Counted from the stretch's first letter, positions 47,901-61,029 are shown. The stretch is 64,000 nt of DNA from Phoronis australis (GCA_002633005.1 NMRA01000404.1:209394-273393), one strand, 5' to 3'. The notes: a model not told the origin generated them from the sequence alone. Numbers and translations are program-made.

Positions 47901-49325
47901 CCCAGGGGGGCTCGGGGGGGTTTCGAATGAGCCCCTCTTCATTTGGGGAAGTGGGCAAAAAGGTCCGCCTCAAAGAAACAAAAAGTCTGAGGAAACGAGA
48001 AGAAAGTCCACTAAAAAGGTGCAGACGCACACTTCACAGTACTGAAGGTGGAACCCCGTTTTTTTTTAGTCCATCTTTTTTGTCAGCAAAAGGTCCACTG
48101 GGCCAGAAATTCGAGCCCCCCGAAATTAAAGGCTGGGTGCGCGCATGTTTGAGGAAGCATTGTTAATCTCAATGTTGTGGTATTTAAGATCATTTTCTTA
48201 TGTTGTTAAACATTGTCGACTTGTGCAGGTGTGCTGCGAGTGTGATAATGGTGAGCTTAATTCTCCTTCTAGGATGATGACATTGTCAACGTGGCCGTAG
48301 ACAGAATCAACGGAAGACTGGAGACATATCTGGGCATCAATGACTCAGAACTTGGTGAGTGTCAGGTCTAAGGCGCACTTTCTACTAATCCACAATCTCA
48401 AACACAAATTGCCAACCATGTTACTCTTTCATGCGACACACATATCGTGACAGAATACAATTTTTGTCCCAAAATAGACCAATGAAGACTTTGGCAGGTC
48501 AAAATCAAGTTTCGCATTACCATCTGTTTTGATAGGGTTAGCTAACCTTTTAAAACTTTGGCTGCATTATGTCATTGACTGGTGATTTGCAATTCATTTT
48601 TATGATTTCTTTCATGGCAAAGAAATGTGAGAGTTGCAGTTATCTGCCCATTTCATGATTTTCATGCTTAGGCCATGAGTGGGAAGGACTTGAGAAATTT
48701 TGGGGTTGAAAAATCTTCAAGGTGACAAATTGACAAATGTTTATGTCTTCTCGTTTCCCCTTCAGATGAATGACACTTAAATTGCTAATCACCCTGTGTG
48801 CCCTTGGTCAGTGCGCAAAGTACTCACCTTGTGTGCTCTTGGTCAGTGCCCAAAGTCAGTGTTCGTCTTTAAAGCTTTAAATGTGTCAGAAGTTTATGCT
48901 GTCCCATAATTCAACATTGGGACCCCACCAACCAATCACTTCCTAAGCCGCCATTCTGCTAGATTACGCTAAGGTCTCAAGCATACTCAAGAAATACCTG
49001 CTTTTCTCTCGTGTGGTTGTGTGTAATCTCACTTTCTCATAAGAAACTTGGTCTTTGGAACACTCTCCTAGTCTACTCACCGTGTAGTCTTGGCCTGTAG
49101 TATTTTGCTTTCCATCCAACTCTCACATATTCTCCTTCAGCGAGGACTATATGGGACATAGGCTCGGAGAAGAAGAATACAAAAGACTTCATGGACGCAC
49201 TCGACGAGACTGAGCTGCAACAATTTGAGTTTTCTCCAGAGTTCATGTTTGAACTTTGGGGAGACATCAGTGATGCTAAAAGTGGGCGGACCAAAAAAGT
49301 GCAAGAGTTTGAAGAACAGTTCTAG
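38912..49325 (+). CDS. GIPC1: PDZ domain-containing protein GIPC (GH1-PDZ-GH2)
   Basis: Exons 38912-39232, 45988-46357, 47614-47720, 48273-48354, 49141-49325 (TAG). Motifs [110 protein letters not shown]. Confidence 0.96.
39837..39990 (+). repeat. 23-bp minisatellite, ~6.5 copies
   Basis: CAGTGTCTCA(C/T)CTATGTGTCTCT. Confidence 0.95.
40068..40360 (+). repeat. 20-bp minisatellite, ~13 copies
   Basis: TCAAGCTTGTACAATATTAT. Confidence 0.9.
44835..44987. mobile_element. Degenerate MITE with 5-bp TSD (GTTAT)
   Basis: CAGTGGTGGATGCAG ... CTGAATATGGCTATG; GTTAT on both sides. Confidence 0.6.
47891..48147. mobile_element. MITE inserted into a 35-bp tandem duplicate
   Basis: TIR CATGCGCGTACCCAG/CTGGGTGCGCGCATG; flanks 47851-47890 and 48148-48187 are 40-bp near-identical direct repeats. 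Confidence 0.8.
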
Positions 49326-50717
49326 TTGCCATGCTTACCACACCCACCAGGGTTACCACACCCACCAGGGTTACCGACCAAAATTGTGAGGGGGGATTGT
49401 TCACATCATGAAAAAAATGGTTGTTGATCTATTAGTTGGGTATTATCTGTTGAATTGAATGTGGAAATTGTTGTAGCTTTCATTTACCGAGACATTGGGT
49501 TTTATTGCAATTCTTTTAACTGTCGTGCGATAAAGTGTCATAAAAGAGAGAGGTTGAGAATAGTTTATCAATAGGTGTTAGTTTCTTGTTTTTTGTAATT
49601 TGTTTTGTTGTGGAAGTTGTCTAGCCAAGATTAAACATAATTCTGGTGTCAGGTGTACTTTATGTAAGGTCAGTTGTTACTACACATCACTGGTGTAGGT
49701 TGATGCAAAGGCCGATATTACATACAACTTCTGTAACGCACAGTGTAATCACTATTCAAGATCTCTAAGCTTTTGTGTAACTACATTACTGAATTGTTAT
49801 GCCAAACTATTTTCTGGTCTTTGTGCTTTTTGTGATTTTATGAATCTTTAAACAAATGTGAATAGTTTTTTGAAAATTACCCCCTGTTCAATTTAGCCTA
49901 GGTAGACTTTAAATCAAAGCGATTGATTGACATGTCTTGACAGTGGCTGGACCATCCGTCAATAAGTGGTGCGAGGCTAACGTGTTCATGTTGGAAAGTA
50001 CAGTTTACGACAGTTGTGTCATTCATACATTCCACAGAATATCAGTCACACATATTTGCTTACATTATCAGTGATTGAATGAATGCAGCATGATAAAAGT
50101 TACTGTTAAAGTTTTGTATTATTTATTAACATGTACTCCGAAATGCATTCCCTTGTCAAATTATTTTGAGATTTTCACAAATTAACCAATTGAAACATTC
50201 CACAGTTTGTGTACTGTGCATTTAGTTAGTCATCAGGTGTGCTGTTATCTTTGCTTGGACAGTAAGCTAGGTTTGATGTGCATAGTCAATATTGTGTTCC
50301 AAGTGCATTGTTGGACTGTACCTGTGGTCGGGATTGTCTCCCATACGCTTCTTTAAAAACATCTCCGCACTAATCTGAAGCCTTTTTGTCTTTGGGTTCT
50401 TAGATAAATGTGGATCCTCATTTTATCTTGTGATCCCAAGTATGGAGCTTATTATTATACACGTGTCTACAAATGTTTTTCAATTGTATCTAGTATTATT
50501 TTAAATGCAAAACTAGCTTTTAAGTAGTTTTTACCTGTTTTTGTGTTTTGTTATGGCAAGTTGCTGTCCCCATCGGGTTGAGCTATCAGAAAGCATAGAA
50601 TGCAATGAAATTTTATCAGATTATATTTTGTAAAGACTATTTGATAAGTCCAGTTTCTTGTCATTACTTTGACAAACACAGTTGAATACTGTGGCATGTA
50701 GGAAAGAAAACCGTGGG

Positions 50718-50908
50718 TTGATATCTCTCGCTGTTGAGATCCCTCTTGTTGTAGAGATATCTGGCCACCGAGATTTCTCTCACTGGTGTTATATCTCTTG
50801 CTGTTGAGATCTCTTTGGCTGTTGTGATCTCTCACTGGTGTTATATCTCTTGCTGTTGAGATCTCTTTCGCTGTTGTGATCTCTCACTGATGATATCTCT
50901 GGCTGTTA
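50718..50908 (+). repeat. Degenerate short tandem repeat in the probable GIPC 3' UTR
   Basis: Recurrent (G/C)CTGTTGAGATCTCT / CACTGGTGTTATATCTCT units. Confidence 0.7.
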
Positions 50909-51971
50909 CCGAACACTGAGTGCCGGTGTAATAAGTATACATTTAGAAGTGAAAGGATTTGCACTTCAATTTTTATCGAAGTTATCGGAAAAGTGGACGC
51001 TTCAGGCAAGATTGCTCACATGTTGAACGTGGGTAACTGAATGGTCTGTGAAGCATAGTTATTATATAGATCCATTGTTTGCATGTGATTGGTGTTAAAA
51101 CTGTGTTGCCCACCTCTGGATGTGATGTAAACATATTGTGATTGAAAATAAAATCAGTTTCAAAGCATGCATTTTGTTCAATACATGAACAGGCAATCAT
51201 AGTGCACTGAAACATTAATAAGGCCGAATTCTAGAATGAAACACCAAGGGAGATAATTTGGAATGCTTTACTTGCCCTCAACATTGTGAAAATGATTCAT
51301 CAGATACAAATCATAATGAAATGTGAAAAATAAGAAGACCACAAATTTGTAAACCCATAAAATGGGACAAATGAAGTGGTAAAATATAACGATTTAATGA
51401 CCTGCTGAATCTGTACTAAATGATCAAACCAGACGACTGTAATGGATTAATGACTGGTGTACTGCAAATTATTGAAGCCATAAAAGTTCATAAACAAGCA
51501 TAGTTCATAAACAGGCAGAGTTTATAAACAAGCAGTGGTCATGAACGGGCAGAGGTCATACACCGGTAGAGTTTATAAACGGATGGAGTTCAGAAAGAGG
51601 CAGAGTTCAAACACATGGTAACTTAAATACAAAAAATCCCTAGAATGCAGAAAATAAATAGAACTGGTAAAATGTAAAAATCGAACCTAAAAATCCGATG
51701 ACTATTGAATTAAAATTGACAAAATGCAGGTACAAATTTCTGAAGACAAAATGTGACACAAAAACAGTCATAACTTAGGTACATCAACGAACCCAGGAAT
51801 TGCAAGGTATTGACAACCTGGTAAAAATCTGCAACATAGGCTCCAGTAAAAGGTTTTACCTCAGATGTGCACAGTGTAGGTGAACACGTCCTGACAGACT
51901 TGCTCAACTAAATGAAACCCATGTTCATGTGTAACACAGAAAGCTCCATCTGGCTAGCTTATGATCATTCA

Positions 51972-54900
51972 CTACCTCTTCCCATTCAACTTCAGTTGAT
52001 ACTCTTGTCCAATTGTTTTCAGTATATTGGCAATATTTCTACAGTCGTCTGAAACACAAGATAAGAATAACTCTAGTGAGAGAGAGAAATGCGTCACACG
52101 CCAACACAAGGGTGACAATTGATTCATAGGTAAAACTGTCTGCATTGGGGAAGTAGCTTTGACATTTAAGTCTGAAAAAAGCACAACGTTGCACAACTGC
52201 GTCTTACCACAGAATAGCAGATAGTGACCAAAGTGTGCTCTAGTTTTGAGCGTTAATAGCTTAATTCACCACACAATTTTGAGTAATTCAAAAAATTCAT
52301 TTCTGTTTGTACTTTACTGAAAAAGCTTTTGAATTAAAAGTTTTCACCTTTTCCAAAATGACGCTAACAAAGAGTGATACCATGAGAGGCTCCAGAGTTA
52401 GCTCTGCGGGGGCTAGAGGTGCCACAGTGGGCGCCAGAGGTAACCAGGTGGGTAACTCAGCCTTTCAGAGTGTTAACATAATTCACACAACGTCCTTAAA
52501 AGTGTGGATACATAACAGCATCCCAAACCATAACTCCCTCCACATTTTTTTCATTTATTAAGTTAAATATACAAGTTTGGTGAAAGGTGTAAGGATCAAA
52601 CTTTGATTCCTAAATGACGAATACCAAATCCATTAAGAACATTTCAACCAACTGAAATTAACCAGTTTTGCACAATAAGTGCCTATGTATCAAGATATCA
52701 GCGATATCCCTCACCATCACCATACCTATGATAGAATAACGTACCTATACCACTATGGTGTCTTCCTATGAAAGGTAAGCGATAATGGTCAAGCATAAAT
52801 GGCATGCCCTTCGGCCACACAGACGTCACTTCAGAAAATGTCTGGAAGACAGAAATCCCAAACCTCATCATATTGCCACACAGTATACAGTGAGAGCGTT
52901 GATGTATAGTATATACACTATGAGCCAAATGTAGTACAACAATCAAATGTACAAGATCAGAGCAATGAACAGTATACTGACAGCAAAATTTATACTTAAT
53001 CAAAACATTGATTATTAAGTGACAGGGCACCATGTGGTGGAAAAGTAGAGGCAGATTAAGGGACGGTGGGTGGCAAAGGGACCATGCCTCCACAACAACA
53101 TTCTCCAGTTTTTATGAGTTCACAATTGAGAACTAATAAGCCTACAACTGGATGGTGAAGGCTTTCACATTACACGTTTTTCACATGTTGACTCAAGTTT
53201 CACGTAACAATACTAGGCCTCATTGCATTAGTTATACGCTGGACAGCAACAGTGATGTCACATTAACACACGCCACACTGTTATTGTTTTACAATGCATT
53301 TAATGTCTTGCAACATGCACAATCTATCAGATAAGTTCTTTGCAACCAAGTCCTGATATAGGATCCTGACTCTGGTCCGCAATCCTGTTCCTGGTCTGCA
53401 ATACTATCTCTGGTCTGTGATCTTGAACCGACCTTGACCTTGATAGGTTATGTTTTGTTTTAAAAAAATTGTCAACAAAATTAAATTTAAAAAGTTTTAC
53501 ATCATTCACATGGTATGTATTTTATCCCACGCGTGTTGCATCTGTCGAGGGAAATACGGCCATGAAATAAAGTTTTCCTTATTCACCTCCCGCACTACTT
53601 CAACAGCGACCTCTGACATGGAAAGTTCAAAAGGTAGGTCAATATCGACTAGACGTCTTCAGCCGGTTTGATCATCAAACTTTTCGAATATAGTTTAAAG
53701 TAATACAGTTGCAACAGTGTAACTAACACTCGACATGCAACCAGGCCCTAAACGTAAAATCTGGAACAAAACTGTTAATTATAAGACACTCATGTCTCAG
53801 TTTTCAATTGCTGCAACTCAAGCGCCAATAGGAAATAAAAATGTCAAATATTGTTACTTTGTAACTATTTTCAGGAGATGTTACAAGTTCACTGCACAGT
53901 TGCTGTTGTTTTCATCTTTGCCTACCTCTTTTCAAGAAATAAATTGTTACTTTTAAAACTGTTTCTTTTACAAGAGAAAACTTGCAACCTAACGCGAAAG
54001 TACATTCATATAGGATGTGATCCGCCATGTAAAGTCTTGGTGAAGTATTTGAAAAATCTACAGAAAAAATGTAAGAAACTTAGGCATTCGAAGCGCATGG
54101 GATAAATACTAAACAACCCTCGATTGGCGTACATGAAGCAATATCCCACTCGACATTATTCCGCGTATCAATACGCGGAGTAATGTCTTGTGGGATATTA
54201 CTTCATGTACGCCATGCTAGGTACGTTTTGTGTATATACAGACCTCATCGAGTGACAAATAAATTTTTGAGCAAAATATTTTTTGCATCAATTACAGGTT
54301 GCCCAAATTGAAAAATGGAAAGCCAATGAGGAATTACATTTGTTCCAAAGTGAAGATTTATACTACAAGTACTACACATACGTACCCTTTTTATATTTAT
54401 CCATTGTTTCATGTAAGCCGGCACTCTTAGTTGGAAATATGAACATTGCTTAGGTAACCTGAAATACCAGAGGAAACAGTGAATGGACCGCCAGATCAGT
54501 GAAGTCGTAATACTTTATGTCGTGATCTCAACGTCTGCAACAAGATATAATGAACAGGCGTCACCTGGTGGTGCTTTAGACTTGTTCCCTCTCAATGAAC
54601 AGATGTCCAATGGCAAAGCGACAGTTCATGACTGAGCAAATCGTCAGTGCATAGGTTTGCACATGGTCACAATTCTTGGTTTGGTGAGAAACTTCATCAG
54701 CAATTGTGATGAAGTTGTACCAAATGGTAAGCATGCACACACGAAAGTCTATTTATCAACATGGGCGGCGCAGCACTGAAAAAGTGGGGGTTATAGCTCC
54801 CCAGCCTCCTATGGTGCGCCGCCGCTGATCAAGTTGCAAAACAAGCTTGTTGCTTGCCTTTATATAAAGATACTAAAATTAGATTTTCATGTAATTATTG

Positions 54901-55629
54901 ACTTTGACAGAGGTCACCATAATGGTTTTTAAACCCCATAAATGAGACTGAGGCTGAGTAAAGAACAGTATGGTGTCTCATGCTATTTCTCCAGACTTAC
55001 CTCTATTGATAGTTAGTAAATCTATATTGACAGGCTTACATACCTTGCCATAGAGTTGATCTGGAGAATAAAACAATATGCCATCCATTTACATCTACCA
55101 TACTTAAGCCTTATTTTAAACATACATACATGATGTTGAGATCCCAGTCACCGCAGGTGACAAATGCAAATTTAACGTCATCCTTGAGGAGTCCTTCCTG
55201 TTCCATCCACATCTCAAATTTCTACAAAACAGTTTATGTCAGTTACTCCTGCAATCCTACACATATTAAAAATACAATATAGTAAGAAAATGGAATTTCA
55301 GTTTGTAAAAACTTTCAATAAAAATAAACATTAAAATTCTACATTAAAAATGTAGCTAATACTAAACAGCTGTAATAAATACTTGACAAAACTTTGTTTA
55401 TTTCTAGCAAGGTAACTGGCCATTGAAAAACAATAATTTTGCCAATTATCTTTTAATCGTAATAAACTTAATTTGCAGAAATAGAGTTAGCACTGTCATC
55501 TTATTCTAACAGTGCTACACAGCTGCACTTAAGGAAGTTACACAAGTGTCATAATATTTCAAGACATTAGCATTGTTTTCGACTTTCATATTCAATGGCG
55601 ACATGAAGAAATTACATATATACACATAT

Positions 55630-55668
<39 letters not shown>

Positions 55669-55708
55669 TAGGGTTATATATATATATATATATATATAAA
55701 TAACCCTA

Positions 55709-55739
<31 letters not shown>

Positions 55740-57418
55740 NACTGTTTCTTTTACAAGAGAAAACTTGCAACCTAACGCGAAAGTACATTCATATAGGATG
55801 TGATCCGCCATGTAAACAGTCTTGGTGAAGTATTTGAAAAATCTACCGAAAAAATGTAAGAAACTTAGGAATTCGAAGCGCATGGGATAAATACAAAATG
55901 TACCTCGATTGGCGTACATGAAGTAATATCCCACTCGACATTATTCCGCGTATCGATACGCGGAATAATGACTTGTGGGATATTACTTCATGTACACCAA
56001 TCGAGGTACGTTTTGTGTATATACAGCTCTCATCGAGTGACAAATAAATTTCTGAGCAAAATACTTTTTGCATCAATTACAGGTTGCCCAAATTGAAAAA
56101 TGGAAAGTCAATGAGGAATTACATTTGTTCCAAAGTGAAGATTTATACTACAAGTACTACACATACGTACCCTTTTTATATTTATCCATTGTTTCATGTA
56201 AGCCGGCACTCTTAGTTGGAAATATGAACATTGCTTAGGTAACCTGAAATACCAGAGAATACAGTGACTGGACCGCCAGATCAGTGAAGTCATAATACTT
56301 TATGTCGTGATCTCAACGTCTGCAACAAGATATAAGGAACAGGCATCACCTGGTGGTGCTTTAGACTTGTTCCCTCTCAATGAACAGATGTCCAATGGCA
56401 GAACGACAGTTTATGACTGAGCAAATCGCCAGTGCATAGGTTTGCACATGGTCACAACTCTTGGTTTGGTGAGAAACTACATCAGAAATTGCAATGAAGT
56501 TGTACCAGATGGTAAGCATGCACACACGAAAGTCTATTTATCAACATGGGCGGCGCAGCACTGAAAAAGTGGGGGCTATAGCTCCCCAGCCCCCTATGGT
56601 GCGCCGCCGCTGATCAAGTTGCAAAACAAGCTTGTTGCTTGCCTTTATATGAAGATACTAAAATTAGATTTTCATATAATTATTGACTTTGACAGAGGTC
56701 AACATGTTGGTTTTTAGACCCCATAAATGAGACTGAGGCTGAGTAAAGAACAGTATGGTGTCTCATGCTATTTCTCCAGACTTACCTCTATTAAAACACT
56801 TAGTAAATCTATATTGACAGGCTTACATACCTTGCCACAGAGTTGGTCTGGAGAATAAAACGTTATGCCGTCCATTTACATCCACCATACTTAAGCCTTA
56901 TTTTAAACATACATACATGATGTTGAGATCCCAGTCACCACAGGTGACAAATGCGAATTTAACGTCATCCTTGAGGAGTCCTTCCTGTTCCATCCACATC
57001 TCAAATTTCTACAAAACAGTTTATGTCAGTTACTCCTGCAATCATACACATATTAAAAATACAATATAGTAAGAAAATGGAATTTCAGTTTGTAAAAACT
57101 TTCAATAAAAATAAACATTAAAATTCTACATTAACAATGTAGCTAATACTAAACAGCTGTAATTAATACTTGACAAAATTTTGTTTATTTCTAGCAAGGT
57201 AGCTGGTCATTGAAAAACAATAATTTTGCCAATTATCTTTCGTAATAAACTTAATTTGCAGAAATAGAGTATAAATACCAAATATTTCAGCACTGTCGTC
57301 TTATTCTAACAGTGCTACACAGCTGCACTTAAAGAAACAACATACGTACACAACTGTCATACTATTTCAAGACATTAGCATTGTTTTCGACTTTCATATT
57401 CTATGGCGACATGAAGAA

Positions 57419-57457
<39 letters not shown>

Positions 57458-60380
57458 CATATACATATATATATATATAGGCCAACAGATGGCAGAAGAG
57501 TGGTTAGAGGACACTGATCTTGAATAGAAATTTCGAGGAATTTCCCTCAGTTTTTCATGTTTTGCAGTCGTCATGCCATTGAATTACGACTGGTATGTGG
57601 TGGAATATTCATAACTCACACAAATGTTCCAGACATCTTAAAATGCCAGACCTTCCATTTTGTCCCTGTCAAATGTAGTCACCCTACACACCACCACAAT
57701 AGGGTCAATTCATCATCACTATTGCGCTCTCAAGTGTCATACCGTGAACGTTTGGAATAAGTTAACATGCATGTATGACCTCAGCCATTTGATCCTACAT
57801 CGGATGAAAGAATCCCTTCACCCATTTGGGTTCACCGACTCCTTCACCCAATCAATTGGGTTTCACGGTTTACCGACTATTCCATATGTGAAGCACAAAA
57901 ATTTAGCGAACTTTTGCCCAGTTAATTTTTAAACTAACAATGACAATATACTTGATGTTCAGTAGAGTTAGTAAAACAACTGTACCGCTAAGATTTCTTC
58001 AATGTATGGTTGATTGTCCACCATATCTTGGATAATTCCTGTTAACTAGAAGGACAAAACACATTCTTCAAATTGCAATGTATACACATAACAGTCACAA
58101 AATATAACAGATAACAGCCTATTGAGGAAGTTCAACTGAGCAGGTCATTACATTCTCACTGACTAACGAAACACAAATGTACATAATACTCCTGGCCAAA
58201 AAGATATGCATTTTTTTCAGTGAATTTAAAAAGTCTAATCTTTTTTGGATTGATCACTTACTAAGGACATTAAAAAAACCGACAGTGGTGGAAAAGAAGG
58301 TTGCAAATATTTTGTCTCATCAGAAGGTTGACATTTTATTTACCGATGTGCAGAAGTCTGTCAGTTGAGAGTGCACTCGAGGCTGGACATAATGGTGAAA
58401 TATAGATTCTGTCTCCCACGTAGAACTGTTCACTTTCAACACAGGCCACTCGATTATTTCCTGGAATATGAAATAAGCACCATGCAGCAATATGATGATT
58501 AGATAGTACCATAAACATGAGGAAACACTGTGGCAGACAAGGTAAATTCCTTTTTTTCATTTTTTACACAAACTGAAGATACGACATGCCAATCAATGAA
58601 TAGCTACCATAAAACAAATTTTTGAAACGACGAGGACGTTCACTACGACGAGGACGTTCACTACGACGAGGACATTTTGATCACTACGACGAGGACGTTC
58701 ACTACGACGAGGGCGTTCACTACGACGAGGGCATTCACTACAATGTTGGACGTCCTTATAACAAAAATTCAATTGACAAAATCATTTTTTTTTTCTAAAA
58801 TAAATTGGATTTTACAGAGACAGACCACTAAAGCTGAATACTGGAAGGAAGTGAAAAGTGGGTGAAACAATGAAGACTGTAAGTGAGATGACTCATCAGA
58901 AAGATCTTATTGGTCTATTGAGAGATGGTAGAAGAGATATTGGAGTGATCCAGAGGGAACATTTTTGGTCTGAGGCAAGAGGGACAGAAAGAAGGAAACT
59001 ATGGCAAATGGAGGAAGAGTGCTGGTAAGTGCAAGCCGTGCAGCAGGCTGAACAGGGACAGTGGCTGAATTGGGTTGGTGTGGAACAGCAGGTCATCAGT
59101 AGGAATACTTATTGGAGTACGAGTGCAGGACATATGAAGTTCCTCATCCAGTCTGCATGATATCTCGCCATCACCTGCCAATTTGGTGAGATGGGGTATG
59201 CGGACAGACTCTTCTTGCCGTTTTTGACATAGAAGTGGTAGTTTGAGACATATATTATCTGGCTGCAGTAAGGGGCTCACTCGCGGATGGTATACTTTCA
59301 GGCACAATTTGGTACTAGAAGTTACACGTGAAGCAGTTGAGTGTGCAGTAGTTCCATCCAAAGAATGTCAAAAGATAAATTTGTCAGGCAAGGTGTCGCC
59401 AGTATGAAATGAACAGAGTTAAGAGACCAGCTACTGCCAAGAGGCACTCATTTCGAATAGACAAGACACTTCCAGAAGGATAACACCTGTATGGTTTCCG
59501 TCCTGGTGTAGTGCTGACGCCGAGGAAACATCTTGTTTTTGATGAACCAAAAGTTCCATATGGGACGAGGGTTTCTGTGAAGCCTATGGGAATAAGCTGC
59601 TACGGTATGCAGAACTAGCAACAGAAACCAGGTGAAAGGTTACAGCTGTGAACTGATTCCTTTTAAGGTGGGATGTCGCGTTTTCCGTCTTCATCGTTAT
59701 GGAGGTTCCTGAAGATCGCTGGTGTGAACCATTCAATGAAGGTGGTCAGGGTGTGTGGACAGAAGGATGTGAAGGGCAGCACATGGATTATGCAGAAGTA
59801 CATGTCTGATGGCCAACTGTAACTACTAGTACTCTGACTGTGTCGATCAGCTGTTGTGGGCCCACCGTGTGGAGAGATCCTGAGCTTAAAGGGATCAAAT
59901 CTTGAGGAAGAATGACGCTCAGCTGATGATTGCAGTTGGCCATGGAGCACAACCATCTATCTTTCAGTGTATTTAATTCTTCTTCTTCTCACACATTCCA
60001 TTAGCCTTGGTACAAAGCTGTATGCTAGCTGACTGGCTAACATTCCATGTACATTTTATTCATGGTTTGACATTGAACAACTATGGAAATTCTGATGAAA
60101 GTACTAAGACTTAAAAGACACTTCAATACTTCGAACACAAACCTGAGGATTCAATTTGGTATTAGCTTCACACGTGGCTTCAAAATCAAGAACCAGAAAA
60201 TAATCAAATATCTGAGAAATTTTCATGCCGTCTGCCATGCCTTGTCTATGGTGACCTGTTAGACTTGTTCGCTTTGCTTTTGTTGAAAACCGCTTCAATG
60301 TAGAACTGCTAGACTGCAAGAAAGTCCACGAAAAAAGCAAACGAGCCAATTTGAAACCAACTGCTTTCATCTGCGCCAAC
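51972..60380 (-). CDS. ERI3: ERI1 exoribonuclease 3 (DEDDh 3'-5' exonuclease)
   Basis: Exons 60380-60143 (YFLVLDFEATC), 58460-58344 (EIIEWPVLKVN), 58045-57986 (LTGIIQDMVD), 57008-56917 or 55221-55130 (FVTCGDWDL), 56243-56171 or 54458-54386 (QWINIK), 52841-52745 (IGRHHSGI), 52048-51972 (DDCRNIANI..*). All DEDDh catalytic positions present; exact N-terminus uncertain. Confidence 0.93.
53519..54232. mobile_element. Same unclassified repeat (copy 2, ERI3 intron), ending in a long palindrome
   Basis: Reverse complement of 13514-14174 plus a ~60-bp inverted extension. Confidence 0.75.
53958..57420. repeat. ~1.7-kb imperfect direct duplication containing two ERI3 exons, split by (TA)n and an N
   Basis: 53958-~55615 vs 55741-~57420, scattered substitutions and indels; N at 55740. 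Confidence 0.9.
54760..54827. mobile_element. 68-bp mini-MITE with 5-bp TSD (ATCAA); second copy at ~56545-56612
   Basis: CATGGGCGGCGCA ... TGCGCCGCCGCTG; ATCAA on both sides; monomer of the 34841-34993 family. Confidence 0.8.
58625..58745 (+). repeat. 18-bp minisatellite, ~6 copies
   Basis: CACTACGACGAGGACGTT. Confidence 0.9.
58810..59990 (+). mobile_element. HERO-like (R2-group, restriction-like endonuclease) non-LTR retrotransposon 3' remnant, antisense in an ERI3 intron
   Basis: Broken translation NTGRK..., AVQQAEQGQWLNW, PSPANLVRWG..C..HILSGC..GWYTFRHN (CCHC region), RPGVVL..DEPKVP..EAYGNKLLRYAEL..PFKVGCR (RLE PD..E..K region); (TTC)n tail at ~59978-59989. Confidence 0.85.
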
Positions 60381-61029
60381 CTGGAATTTCACAACATTGG
60401 GAAATCCCCTTCGGTTGGAACTGGCAGTGCTTGACCTATTATAAAATTGTTAACAGTCTCAATTCGATAGCATATGTACCTTATACTTCATTAAGAAGCA
60501 AAAAAATATAAAAGTTGCAAAATTTTACTCTATAAATTTTTTTATTAATACTAAAGAATATTAATACCAACGTTAGTGATAATAAGAGTTTTTATAGTGT
60601 AAGTGTTAGCGGTGTTGAGTTTATAAATATCTAATATGGCTGCCCTTGATGATTCGAGATAAAAATTGACTTGACTAAAGAAGGCGCGTTTTACTGTGCT
60701 CGGATATCGTGGATAAGGTACTTTGGATATTCATGTGAATTTTCCATACATTATATTCTTAAATTAAGTGTTTTTTTTGTGAGCCAAATTCTCATGTTCT
60801 AGAGTCGAACGTGATCCTTAGGTTGAACTCTGTTCTGCTTCTACAGACGGTGATGCTCCCATAAGTCCTTCGTACGCTGGAAACTTTTTGACGAATTATG
60901 CTTCACACTGTTTTAAACATCAAAGTCACGTTGCAATAAATACCTTTTGTGGATAGAGGGACACCTTTGTTTACGAGGTTTTCGTCTTCAATTAATTCTG
61001 TCCAACTCAAACAAATATCGTCCGGTTAC

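Noticed and set aside
47851-48187. Apparent 40-bp target-site duplication
   Set aside because: Equally explained by a 5-bp-TSD insertion at the junction of a pre-existing 35-bp tandem duplicate.
57488-57530. tRNA-like A-box stretch (TGGCAGAAGAGTGGTTAGAGG...CTTGAA)
   Set aside because: No B-box/T-arm or acceptor stem follows; at most a decayed SINE head.
58999-59361. 120-aa minus-strand ORF
   Set aside because: Antisense shadow of the HERO-like retroelement remnant on the plus strand.
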